Positions 35,123-43,717 of a stretch of 64,000 bases of DNA are shown in pieces. Below the pieces are notes generated by a model that saw only the letters and a list, made by a program, of their open reading frames with translations, was not told the origin of the DNA and did no database searches. The position numbers and the translations under genes were made by a program. Where the stretch lies: assembly GCA_964630055.1 (NCBI GenBank), contig CAZVRA010000002.1, positions 143,021-207,020 of the forward strand, read 5' to 3'. Numbering within the stretch: the stretch's first letter is position 1; each line of letters begins with the position of its first letter. The DNA is from an uncultured Candidatus Saccharibacteria bacterium. GTDB taxonomy: Bacteria > Patescibacteriota > Saccharimonadia > Saccharimonadales > CAZVRA01.

Positions 35123-36664
35123 ATGAAACAAAACAAAAAGTTTAATAGCAAAATACTTCTAACAGCTACTTTAGTAGCAGCATTTATCGTCGTTTCTGGT
35201 CTATCAACAGTCAATGCCCTAACAACCGACGGCGCCATAACTACAACAGATGATTTTTATCAGGTATCTGACTACCCGAGTGTTGATGGCCTAGCGGGTA
35301 CCAATACTAGTGATATTGCAGCCGACAAAGACAAAAACACATATATTGGAACAGATGGCGTTGTTCGAGTGTATGCACCATCGGGAAGCTTAATCAGGCA
35401 AATAGGCGACGGTGTGAGCGGTTGTCATGTTGAAGACGACCCCTGTATCGGATACGGCCCGTTGACCGTGGTTGATTCGCAAGGGATTACGTACATAATG
35501 AGCTCGCTGAGCGATCCTGTGAGCCGGAGGACTATCAAAAAGTTCTCTGCCGACGGAACGTTTCTTGGGGCATTACCGCAGCCCGGCAGCGGGTCAATGG
35601 CTGCGACATTATTCATTGATAACAGCGATAACTTGTACTATCTGTATACGACAGAACTTTATAAGTTAGCCCCAGGGTCTACTAACCCTACCCGAATAGA
35701 CATTGACGGCGGCATTTATACTCTTGAGAAAGTGGTGGTATCAAAAAACGGAGATATATACTGTGCTGGAATGTACAGGCCTGAGTATACCTATAGTGTT
35801 CTTCACTATTCAAGTTCGGGTACATATGTAAATAATTTTTTTGACACCGGAAACTCCGACATCATCAACAAGATCGCACTAGATGATAGCGGGAACATGT
35901 ACCTTAGTATGCGTTCAAGCGTGCGCAAAATCAATTCGTCTGGCACAGAGGTAGATAGCTATCCGTTTACGTCAGACTATCAAAATGTTGGTCTTGACCC
36001 ATATGGCAGCCTGTATTCCACGAATGGTGGTGGCTTTACCAAGCTGGCCAAGCAAAAGCAATACAAAAAGACTTACAAAACAGGCAAACAAAACGCTTTA
36101 TCTATCCCCGCTGTTGCCAATTTCTCTACTGTTAAAACCTACGATGAAGCAGACAACACCAGCCAAGATTCTAGCCATGATTACCTCCAGGGCATGATAG
36201 ATTTCGCTATTGATGTCCCTAGCGGCTCGACCCAAAGTATAGACGCTATATTTGAAACCGATCTGCCGCTTTCGCAGATTAAAGCGCGCAAATACAATGC
36301 TACTACAAAAACCTACAGTGATATTTCCGGAGCGTCTGTAACAGAGACTACGCTTGACGGCAAGCGAGCCGTGATGGTGTCATATGTGGCTACAGATGGA
36401 GGTCTTAACGACGACGACGGCACGGCAAACGGTGTAATCGTGGACCCAGTTGGCATAGGTACGGCGGTTTCTGCAGCGTCTTCTGCGCCATCTTCAATAC
36501 CTTCGAGCTCTGCTAGTCCTGCTATGCCAGCAGCTGCTAAAGCTCCTAATACTGGACTGCGCTACCAAGGTCAAAATTTGGCTATATTCGGCACATTGGC
36601 GATAGTGTGTCTAGGAATTATGGCTTTTTTAGCCAGACGATTCGGCTTTAAAAGGTTTAAATAG
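35123..36664 (+). CDS. sortase-anchored surface protein (beta-propeller-like N-terminal region, shared C-terminal module, APNTG sorting signal)
   Basis: 513 aa. Signal/TM at the N-terminus. C-terminal module shared with the NHL protein (...TDGGLNDDDGTANGVIVDPVGIG). APNTG (36542-36556), TM, then RRFGFKRFK. Confidence 0.8.
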   Translation: MKQNKKFNSKILLTATLVAAFIVVSGLSTVNALTTDGAITTTDDFYQVSDYPSVDGLAGTNTSDIAADKDKNTYIGTDGVVRVYAPSGSLIRQIGDGVSGCHVEDDPCIGYGPLTVVDSQGITYIMSSLSDPVSRRTIKKFSADGTFLGALPQPGSGSMAATLFIDNSDNLYYLYTTELYKLAPGSTNPTRIDIDGGIYTLEKVVVSKNGDIYCAGMYRPEYTYSVLHYSSSGTYVNNFFDTGNSDIINKIALDDSGNMYLSMRSSVRKINSSGTEVDSYPFTSDYQNVGLDPYGSLYSTNGGGFTKLAKQKQYKKTYKTGKQNALSIPAVANFSTVKTYDEADNTSQDSSHDYLQGMIDFAIDVPSGSTQSIDAIFETDLPLSQIKARKYNATTKTYSDISGASVTETTLDGKRAVMVSYVATDGGLNDDDGTANGVIVDPVGIGTAVSAASSAPSSIPSSSASPAMPAAAKAPNTGLRYQGQNLAIFGTLAIVCLGIMAFLARRFGFKRFK

Positions 36665-36665
36665 C

Positions 36666-36750
36666 GGCTCGGGAGGCCGGACAGCGCACGTTCGCGTCCG
36701 TTCTCGAAGCAAGCTTCTGCGAGCGAGCTTAACGACCGAACCGGCAACCT
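36666..36750 (-). repeat. duplicated 3' portion of tRNA-Asn split by a 54-nt insertion in the T-loop
   Basis: 36666-36682 is identical to 36839-36855 (17 nt: acceptor 3' strand plus T-stem). 36737-36750 is identical to 36857-36870 (14 nt: T-stem 5' strand plus variable loop). 54 nt replace the single T-loop base. Confidence 0.7.
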
Positions 36751-36800
36751 TACCCGAGCAAAGCTCGGCTGGTTGCCTAGACTCAGGCGCGACTCCAGAA

Positions 36801-36836
36801 AATAAAAAACACCAGTCGAAAAACTGGTATTTTTTA
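36801..36836. terminator. bidirectional rho-independent terminator
   Basis: Hairpin ACCAGT-CGAAAA-ACTGGT (36811-36828), flanked by an A-run upstream and a T-run downstream. Can terminate both the plus-strand surface-protein gene and the minus-strand smpB/tRNA-Asn transcript. Confidence 0.7.
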
Positions 36837-36837
36837 T

Positions 36838-36912
36838 TGGCTCGGGAGGCCGGACTCGAACCGGCAACCTCGAAGTTAACAGCTTCTTGCTCCACCATTG
36901 AGCTACTCCCGA
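36838..36912 (-). tRNA. tRNA-Asn (anticodon GUU), CCA encoded
   Basis: Manual cloverleaf: UCGGGAG-UA-GCUC-AAUGGUG-GAGC-A-AGAAG-CUGUUAA-CUUCG-AGGUU-GCCGG-UUCGAGU-CCGGC-CUCCCGA-G-CCA, 75 nt. Confidence 0.95.
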
Positions 36913-36922
36913 ATATCGACAA

Positions 36923-37411
36923 TTATACCAAAAATGAACGGTTTTTCGCAAGCGCGCCGGCTTGTCGGGCGGCGTCTTTGGCGGCCAAAGCCTGCCTTTT
37001 GTCGTAGTTGCGCCGGCCGCGGCCAGCGGCGATGCGTAATTTTATGAATCGGCCGCCAGTCAAAAGTTCGACTGGCACAATGGTCCTACCCTGTTTCTTG
37101 GCGGCAATCAGCTCGTCTATCTGGCGCCTTTTGGCCAGTAATTTGCGCGTTCGGGCTACTTGGTCTTCGGCAATAAAAATGCCAGCACCCCCGTTAATTT
37201 GGGCGCCCAGCAGCCAGATTTCGTCGTCTTTGACCGTAACGTAAGCACCGCGCAGTTGGCCGTGTCCGCGGCGCAGCGCCTTGGTTTCGGCGCCGGTCAG
37301 TTGGATGCCAACAACCAAATCGTCGTTTAGCTCGTAGTCGTATGAGGCTCGGCGATTAACGATTTTCTTGGGCGCTTTTTGCGCTTTGGCGGATTTGTTT
37401 TTCTTGGCCAT
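36923..37411 (-). CDS. smpB: SsrA-binding protein
   Basis: 162 aa. NRRASYDYEL...GIQLTGAETKALR..., KLLAKRRQIDEL, GRFIKLRIA(A)GRGRRNYDKRQ. Confidence 0.9.
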   Translation of the reverse strand: MAKKNKSAKAQKAPKKIVNRRASYDYELNDDLVVGIQLTGAETKALRRGHGQLRGAYVTVKDDEIWLLGAQINGGAGIFIAEDQVARTRKLLAKRRQIDELIAAKKQGRTIVPVELLTGGRFIKLRIAAGRGRRNYDKRQALAAKDAARQAGALAKNRSFLV

Positions 37412-37481
37412 GGTAGTTTATAGTTTATCACAAGCGAGTGCGCCGCTTGCGAACACTATTTAAAAGTTGTAATATATCTTC

Positions 37482-38471
37482 ATGAAGAGTATTGAAGTGT
37501 CTACAGCCGAGCGTTTAAACAAATATTATCCGTTTGACGAGGTCGTGGTAGCTACAGTTGCCGAAACTGCAGCTCAGCAGCATTTGGGCGAAAAATACTG
37601 GCAGTTTATTGAATCCAATGGCTACCGCGGCAAGACTGAGATTATCGGTGCAAACGGTCACTGGTCGGAGTTGGTTGATATGCGCCGCGACGACGAGGCC
37701 GAGACTCTTGTGTATCATCTGCCGATGGCAAACCCAATTGATCCAAACCAACTTTATCAGATGGCGACGATTGCTGCAGTTTTGCCTAATCATCGATTAA
37801 TTGCGGTTGGTAACCCAAGCGGATTGTCTTGGATCAATGGCGGGCTGAGTTTTGACCAGCGACGCCGGGTGGCGCACGGCGATTTTGCTCCGCTCGTAGC
37901 TGTCGAGTCAAAGTATTTGGAGCAAAGCAAGATCGAAAAAGTCAGTCAAGTTGGGCTGAGCTACGGCGCAGACAAAGCGGCCGAACTAGCGAATTACCAC
38001 GAAACAGGGTCGCTGGTGGCGATTGAGCCAGTTATTGGGCCTAGGTCGTTGTTTGGTCTGGCTCGTGATTTTGGGTCAACTGCCAAGCAGCTTCAGCGCT
38101 ACTTGGACGCCTCTGGCACACCAGAGTTTGATAAGGCACGCCAAGACAGCATATCGGTTTCACAGTACGCGCTGGGCTTGACTCGTTTGTCGAACTTTGC
38201 CATTGCCCGAGGATTAACCGATGGCGCATTTTTGAGTCGTCTTAAAAATGCTATTGTTATATGGCCCGAGATGTCAGTAACTTATACCTATGGTACAAGC
38301 ACGGAGTTATCAAAGCAGCCAACATTTGAGAATTCAAATCTGCAGGTTATTGGCTTGGAGGGTCAATATCATGCCTTAATAAACGATATTCACTTGCAGG
38401 CAGCTATTGTAATGCAAGGTTTGCGCAGTGTTGTCGCCGGTAGGTCTGGGTCTACGGTTTCTGCTGAGTAG
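37482..38471 (+). CDS. putative alpha/beta-hydrolase-fold protein
   Basis: 329 aa. GLSYG (GxSxG nucleophile elbow) and a late His (GQYHAL). Assignment by motif only. Confidence 0.45.
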   Translation: MKSIEVSTAERLNKYYPFDEVVVATVAETAAQQHLGEKYWQFIESNGYRGKTEIIGANGHWSELVDMRRDDEAETLVYHLPMANPIDPNQLYQMATIAAVLPNHRLIAVGNPSGLSWINGGLSFDQRRRVAHGDFAPLVAVESKYLEQSKIEKVSQVGLSYGADKAAELANYHETGSLVAIEPVIGPRSLFGLARDFGSTAKQLQRYLDASGTPEFDKARQDSISVSQYALGLTRLSNFAIARGLTDGAFLSRLKNAIVIWPEMSVTYTYGTSTELSKQPTFENSNLQVIGLEGQYHALINDIHLQAAIVMQGLRSVVAGRSGSTVSAE

Positions 38472-39401
38472 CCTTTTGGACGGCTTGCCACGGTGCCGGG
38501 TCTTTATGCACCGTCGCTCGCCAATACCACCATTCGCCGCCCCACAAGTCGATTGGCCACAGGCCTGTCTGCTGGGCCAGCTGCAAATTGCGCTCAATCT
38601 GCTCTACCGACATCGAGTGGTCTTGCTCGGAGCAAGTCATTTCCCAGATATTTTTGGGCCCCAAGGTTCGCATTGGAGCTCGTGAATAAAACTTTGCCGA
38701 TGCCAAAGTATGCGTATGGCTAGAGCGCGCAGTCTGTCCAGCCACGGCCGATGAAAAGACAATGTGTAGTCATTTTTTTGGCTGCTGTAAAGCATTTGAT
38801 AAAAGCTAAAGCCAACAATGTCTGGCAGCGGCCGGCGCAGCGGTATACCCCAAGAGGTGCTGGTGGTCATAATAATTGGCCGGTGTGGGTCCAGTTGCTT
38901 GACTAGTTTGAACTCGCGGCGCAAACGGGCTCGGTCGGTATCGGGTCGTTCGCCAAAATTGGTTAGTAGCGCCTCATTTTCTAGCTGATAGCTAATAACG
39001 GCTGAGTTGCTGCGGTACCGCCTAACTACCCGGCCAATGAAGCGACTAAGATGCTTGTTGCGCTCTGCGGGTGGTAGCTGCCAGGCCCAATCTGGCCAGT
39101 GGTTTTCTGGCCAGCGTGGCTGCCTTGCGCCTAGGCACAGCGTTACTATCCCGCCACTTTTGGCAATGGTCTTAACTTGGCGGTCTAGTTCGGTAAAATC
39201 AAAAGTGCCTGGCTCGGGCTGACATTGGTCCCAGTAGCTCATTAAGCGAAAACGGCGCCAGCCTTGATCTATTAGCCAGTCTAAAACGGCAACTGGCGAC
39301 TGGCTAAAATTGGCGCATTGTTTGGCCGAAAAACTGACCCCAAAATGGTCTGGGTTTATAATTTTTGTGGTTGGGTTTATGGCTCGGCGCATTCGGTGCA
39401 C
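38452..39401 (-). pseudogene. clan GH-A-like glycoside hydrolase paralog with a frameshift near its 3' end
   Basis: ORF 38637..39401 ends ...IHELQCEPWGPKISGK*. ORF 38452..38745 continues in another frame (GPKNIWEM...LWGGEWWYWR...). This matches the C-terminus of the 39377..40615 paralog. The shift lies in the T5/G3/C4 runs at 38651-38662. Confidence 0.7.
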
Positions 39402-40615
39402 TGCCTATTGCTAAGTGATTTTTTGACGGCGTTCCACAGGCTACTATCGCCCTGTTTTACCTTGCGCCAATACCACATTTCGGATCCCCACAGGTAAATT
39501 TCGCGCATGCCGGTGGCTTCGCCGTAGCTAATTCTGTCGCTGAGACGGTGGGCATCTAGGGATTTGTTTTGCTCGACAATCGAGGCATCTTTAACGCCAA
39601 TGTCGGGCGGCCAAGGTTCGGCCTGCAATTCATGAATGATCATATTTTTGCCAGTTAAAAGCTCGCCCCAACCGGCCAGTGAGGCGTAGAACCAGGCTGG
39701 ATGCGGATATTCGACGTAGCGTTTGGTCAGGGTTTTGTCCCAAACTCGTTTGTAAACCGATATGGCAAAAGTGTCGGGCCGTGGCTGTCCAACCGGCACC
39801 CCGCCCCAGTTATTGCTTCGGCTAATAATTAATTTGTGGTCGGGGTCAATGCGTCTAACCAGAGCGGCTTCGTCTATTAGGCGGTCGCGGCTAAAATCGG
39901 TGCACTCGCCAAATACACTCATAAAATACTCGTTTTCTAGCTGGTAACTGCGTAGTGCCGGGCTGGTTTTGTAGCGCTCCATAACTTTTTGCATAAAGGC
40001 GGTTAGCTTGGGGTACCACTGATCTTTGGTGTCGCCGTGGGCCCAGCTTGGCATGTGGCATTCCGGCCAACGCGGTTGCCGAAGGCCGATGGACAAACTG
40101 ACCGTACCGTTAACCTGCTCTATTTGTTTAAACTGCCAGTCTAGCTCGGTAAAATCGTATTGGCCAGGTGATTTTTCGATTTCGTCCCAGTAGCTAACCA
40201 GGCGGAAATGCCGAATGCCGAGGTCGCTAATTATGGCGTGAAGCGTGGTCTCGGGGTCGAGGTCGTAGTAACGGGCATAGCTAGGAATAAAAGTAGTGCC
40301 TATTAGTAGCGGTTCGTGAGCATGGCGAGCAATGTACCAACGAGCAACGGCATAAGAAGACCCTGTTGTAAAAATTACCAATGCCAAGACTACCGAAAGT
40401 ATTTTCGACAACACCCCTTGTCTGCGCCACCAAATCCCCGGCTTTTCTATTCTTAGCCGGCGTAATAATCTCTGTCGCCGTCGCTCCTCTTTGCTACCAA
40501 GACGACTGTTAAGTAGCCTGCGCTCGGCTTGTGATTGCCGAGCAGATAATCGTTTTATAAAAGCTGGCAATGAGCGTTTAAATTTTTTGGTTGGCTTGGT
40601 GGCTTGGCGTTTCAT
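39377..40615 (-). CDS. membrane-anchored glycoside hydrolase (TIM-barrel clan GH-A-like; GH5/GH42-like)
   Basis: 412 aa. N-terminal basic region plus TM. FRLVSYWDEIEKSPGQYDF, SYQLENEYF (NE acid/base motif), IHELQAEPW. Confidence 0.65.
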   Translation of the reverse strand: MKRQATKPTKKFKRSLPAFIKRLSARQSQAERRLLNSRLGSKEERRRQRLLRRLRIEKPGIWWRRQGVLSKILSVVLALVIFTTGSSYAVARWYIARHAHEPLLIGTTFIPSYARYYDLDPETTLHAIISDLGIRHFRLVSYWDEIEKSPGQYDFTELDWQFKQIEQVNGTVSLSIGLRQPRWPECHMPSWAHGDTKDQWYPKLTAFMQKVMERYKTSPALRSYQLENEYFMSVFGECTDFSRDRLIDEAALVRRIDPDHKLIISRSNNWGGVPVGQPRPDTFAISVYKRVWDKTLTKRYVEYPHPAWFYASLAGWGELLTGKNMIIHELQAEPWPPDIGVKDASIVEQNKSLDAHRLSDRISYGEATGMREIYLWGSEMWYWRKVKQGDSSLWNAVKKSLSNRQCTECAEP

Positions 40616-40685
40616 TGGTGGCTTTTTAGGGTTATGAATGGTTTTGATAGCATGGTTTTGATAGTATGAATGGTATTGGTTAATT

Positions 40686-41531
40686 ATGGCCGCAAAAGCA
40701 CAAACACTTTCGATTATTATACCAGTTTATAATGAACAGGACTATATCGGCCTGTGTTTAGAGGCAATTTCTAAGCAATCGGTTATGCCCGACAAGGTTT
40801 TTGTAGTCGACAATAATTGCCACGATCAAACAGTTGCTATTGCCCGTCGCTACCCTTTTGTTAGCATACTGCGCGAAAAAAAACCTGGCCAAAGCTGGGC
40901 TCGTAACAAAGGTTTTGATGCATCCAAGACTGACCTGCTAGCCAGAATTGACGCCGACACTATTTTAACGCCCGATTGGGTAAAAACAGTCAAACAAATT
41001 TTTGATGAGGATAAGGAATTGGCTGCTGTCACTGGTCCTGGCAATACGGCTTTGTTGCCGGGTTTGCCGTGGCCGCGCGGCTACATCGGCAGCTGGCTGT
41101 ACTTTTTATGGTCGGTAGCCTACTACGGTAATGAGACACTTTGGGGTTCTAACATGGCGCTTCGCAAAACGGCCTGGCATAGCGTAAAGTCCAAAACAGC
41201 AACCAATGATCATAAGTATCACGAAGATATAGACTTGGCCCTGTTGCTGCTTAAATATGGCTTTGCAGTCAAGCGTTCCAGTAGGCTTAGAGTCAGCCTA
41301 TCTCGGCAGTCTTATTTGTACCTTCCACAGGTTTTGCATTATATGAAAAAGGCCGTGGCAACAAAAAAACGTTTGCAAAAAGACAAGCTGATGCCTAGCC
41401 CCAGCTATAATTTGCCATATAGAATACTGTTACTATGTGGTCTTATCATACCGGCGATTATTTTTTATTGCCTTTGTTTGCTGGCATGGCCGATTATGGA
41501 GCTGCCGGCCTATATACGCAAGCGTGCTTAG
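40686..41531 (+). CDS. family 2 glycosyltransferase
   Basis: LSIIIPVYNEQDYIGLCLEAISKQS, VVDNNCHD, RIDADT (DxD-type), C-terminal TM helices. Confidence 0.85.
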   Translation: MAAKAQTLSIIIPVYNEQDYIGLCLEAISKQSVMPDKVFVVDNNCHDQTVAIARRYPFVSILREKKPGQSWARNKGFDASKTDLLARIDADTILTPDWVKTVKQIFDEDKELAAVTGPGNTALLPGLPWPRGYIGSWLYFLWSVAYYGNETLWGSNMALRKTAWHSVKSKTATNDHKYHEDIDLALLLLKYGFAVKRSSRLRVSLSRQSYLYLPQVLHYMKKAVATKKRLQKDKLMPSPSYNLPYRILLLCGLIIPAIIFYCLCLLAWPIMELPAYIRKRA

Positions 41532-41561
41532 CCAAGAAGATTCTCTCCTGCTATGGTTGAC

Positions 41562-42146
41562 CTATGGTTGGCCACTGTTAACGTATCCGTTTGATTCGAT
41601 GATTGGTACGCAGCTACCCCATAAACCACGGCCGCTGGTGCGGGCCTCTTTTTCTAAATTGCGGAATTCGTCGGCTCGAGTAAATGGGAAGTTAGTGTAG
41701 GCGAACGCGTATCCCTGTTTGAGCAGCTCGCTGTTAACAAATGTGCCATCTGGTAAATAAACGTAGCGCAGCAGACGATTGTAACGATCACGGTTGGTGC
41801 TCAAGCCATCCGACTCTAGCCTGACTCGGTTATTGCCGATTAAGCTTTTAGTAAAACTAGCAGCATTTTGGCCAAAGCACTGGACAGTTTTACGGGGGTC
41901 ATGTGTCTCTGGTGTGTCAACTCCAATAAAACGAATTTTTTCTGGATTGCCGTTCATGTCGATTGTTATGGTGTCGCCATCGGCAAAACTTATGACTCGG
42001 TATAATCCAGGCTGGGCTTTTTGGGCGGCATCTAAAGCTGGTTTTAAATAGCCGTGCTGCTGGGCAATGGCCAGACCCAGGGTCAATATTATCCCGGCTA
42101 GACGCCAATATTTTTTTAGCCGCCGTCGGCTTAAGCGCTTAGGCAT
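41562..42146 (-). CDS. secreted/membrane-anchored thermonuclease (SNase family)
   Basis: N-terminal TM/signal. DGDTITID...IRFIGVDTPET...RYNRLLRYVY...NSELLKQGYA. Confidence 0.85.
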   Translation of the reverse strand: MPKRLSRRRLKKYWRLAGIILTLGLAIAQQHGYLKPALDAAQKAQPGLYRVISFADGDTITIDMNGNPEKIRFIGVDTPETHDPRKTVQCFGQNAASFTKSLIGNNRVRLESDGLSTNRDRYNRLLRYVYLPDGTFVNSELLKQGYAFAYTNFPFTRADEFRNLEKEARTSGRGLWGSCVPIIESNGYVNSGQP

Positions 42147-42675
42147 TGTTGTTGAGTCTTAGGCGTTCGGCGATATAGGAATCGCTTAAGCGAGTGCCAT
42201 CAAAAATAATAAAATTTTCGTTTTTGCGCGGCGGTTCAATTTGTTTTATTAACCTATCAAAATTTTGCTGGCTCATATTGCCATATGGTCGGTTGGGGTC
42301 TCTGCTGGCCTGCAAGGTAGCCCTGGTCCTGGCCAGTGGGGTTGGTGCTTGCACCCAAATGAGTACCGGCTCTATTGCCATGTCGCGGCAAATTTTGTAT
42401 TTTTCCTCCCTGTGAATAAACCGGTTGAGGTTAGCATCGTATATAACGCTATGACCTTGCTTTAGCAGACTTATGGCTCGATTGTTGATTTGGTCGTAGA
42501 GCTGTTTGTGTTCTGACTGGCTAAAAACTGGCTGTTTGAACATCGATAAACGGATTTCGTCCGACGAAAGACGCACAGCGCCGGTTAATTGGGCAATGAT
42601 TTTAGCGGCAGTAGTTTTGCCGGCGCCAGGGTAGCCTAATAACAAATAAAGCTTGGGTTGTGATGCGTGTGCCAT
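42139..42675 (-). CDS. P-loop kinase/ATPase (AAA_33-like)
   Basis: Walker A GYPGAGKTT, VIYDANLN. Overlaps the downstream nuclease gene by 8 nt. Confidence 0.7.
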   Translation of the reverse strand: MAHASQPKLYLLLGYPGAGKTTAAKIIAQLTGAVRLSSDEIRLSMFKQPVFSQSEHKQLYDQINNRAISLLKQGHSVIYDANLNRFIHREEKYKICRDMAIEPVLIWVQAPTPLARTRATLQASRDPNRPYGNMSQQNFDRLIKQIEPPRKNENFIIFDGTRLSDSYIAERLRLNNNA

Positions 42676-42754
42676 GCATTTAGCCTAGCATAAGGCTGCG
42701 ACCGCGCAACGCTAAAATTGGCAAAATTTAACAATTATTTAACAATTTTATTGT

Positions 42755-43324
42755 TTAATAATCTATACCAGGGTTCGCCAGGTATTTGTTGTCAAAATGG
42801 TGTTTGATTTTTTCCATATTGGTGGCAATATCTACTTTGTCGAGTAGCTCTGGTGGAAAATCGCGCCCGGTTAAACAGAGGCTAGTTTTTGGGTGCTTAT
42901 TGACCAGTAGCTTTTTTAAAGCACTCTTAGTAATTAGTCCATCGTTGACAGCGTTATTAATTTCATCGCAAATTACTAGGTTCCACTTACCACTGGTAGC
43001 GTGTTCATAGGCTATGTTGTAGGTTGCGGCAGCTGCTTCTTTGTGTTGTTTGGTTGTAATGTCTGGAGCGCTGATGTCCCCTGCTTTGTAAAAGCCTTTG
43101 CCACCCTTAAAAAAATGCAAGGAGTCTTGGTAAATGCTTGCTATATCACGAATAAAAACGTGCTCGCCGACGCCCCAGTATTTAACAAATTGTATATAGC
43201 TAACGCGCCAACCGCTGCCCAGTGCCCTGACCATAAGTCCTAGGCTGGCACTGGTTTTGCCCTTGCCATCACCAGTATAGACAATGGTCACCGACGGTTT
43301 TGTTTGGTAGTCTTCGAAGGCCAT
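42755..43324 (-). CDS. cob(I)yrinic acid a,c-diamide / cob(I)alamin adenosyltransferase (CobA/CobO/BtuR family)
   Basis: VYTGDGKGKTSASLGLMVRALG, VSYIQFVK, LVICDEINNAV, LCLTGR. Confidence 0.8.
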   Translation of the reverse strand: MAFEDYQTKPSVTIVYTGDGKGKTSASLGLMVRALGSGWRVSYIQFVKYWGVGEHVFIRDIASIYQDSLHFFKGGKGFYKAGDISAPDITTKQHKEAAAATYNIAYEHATSGKWNLVICDEINNAVNDGLITKSALKKLLVNKHPKTSLCLTGRDFPPELLDKVDIATNMEKIKHHFDNKYLANPGIDY

Positions 43325-43351
43325 TGGCAGATTAGATTATTAACAGCCTGC

Positions 43352-43615
43352 CTATTTGTCGGCTTTTTTGGTTGTTTTTAAGTCTTTCGCCTTTTTTAAC
43401 AGGTGAGCAATAGTTTCGCGGTCAAAACCAACCACAAATGATCCATCAATTTCTGTAACCGGTACGGCCAATTGCCCGGTTTGTTGTTGTACCCAAGCAG
43501 CGGCAGTAGGATTTTCGCTGATGTCTACCTCTTTGAACGTGACTTTATGTTGTTTTAGGTAGTCGCGCGCCATGTGACAATAGGCGCAAGTTGGTGTCGA
43601 ATAGAGCTTTATCAT
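43352..43615 (-). CDS. glutaredoxin-like protein (NrdH/Grx family)
   Basis: 87 aa. MIKLYSTPTCAYCHMARDYL (CxxC), VPVTEIDG. Confidence 0.8.
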   Translation of the reverse strand: MIKLYSTPTCAYCHMARDYLKQHKVTFKEVDISENPTAAAWVQQQTGQLAVPVTEIDGSFVVGFDRETIAHLLKKAKDLKTTKKADK

Positions 43616-43717
43616 GGTCTAAATTATATCACAAAGAGCCGCGGCTGTTAGTAATTAGCATATAAATTTTCGCAGGAATTTTCCGGGATTTTAAATCATG
43701 AAATGCAACATAAATTC

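Noticed and set aside
36665-36922. Possibility that the structured region next to smpB is the tmRNA (ssrA) gene.
   Set aside because: There is no GGGG... 5' acceptor strand, no tRNA-Ala-like G:U acceptor or ...UCCACCA 3' end, and no tag-peptide reading frame. The region is too short and is explained by tRNA-Asn plus a partial duplicate.
36571-36951. ORFs 36571..36951 and 36629..36922 (126 and 97 aa).
   Set aside because: They run straight through tRNA-Asn, its terminator and the tRNA-like fragment, so they are artefacts of a non-coding region.
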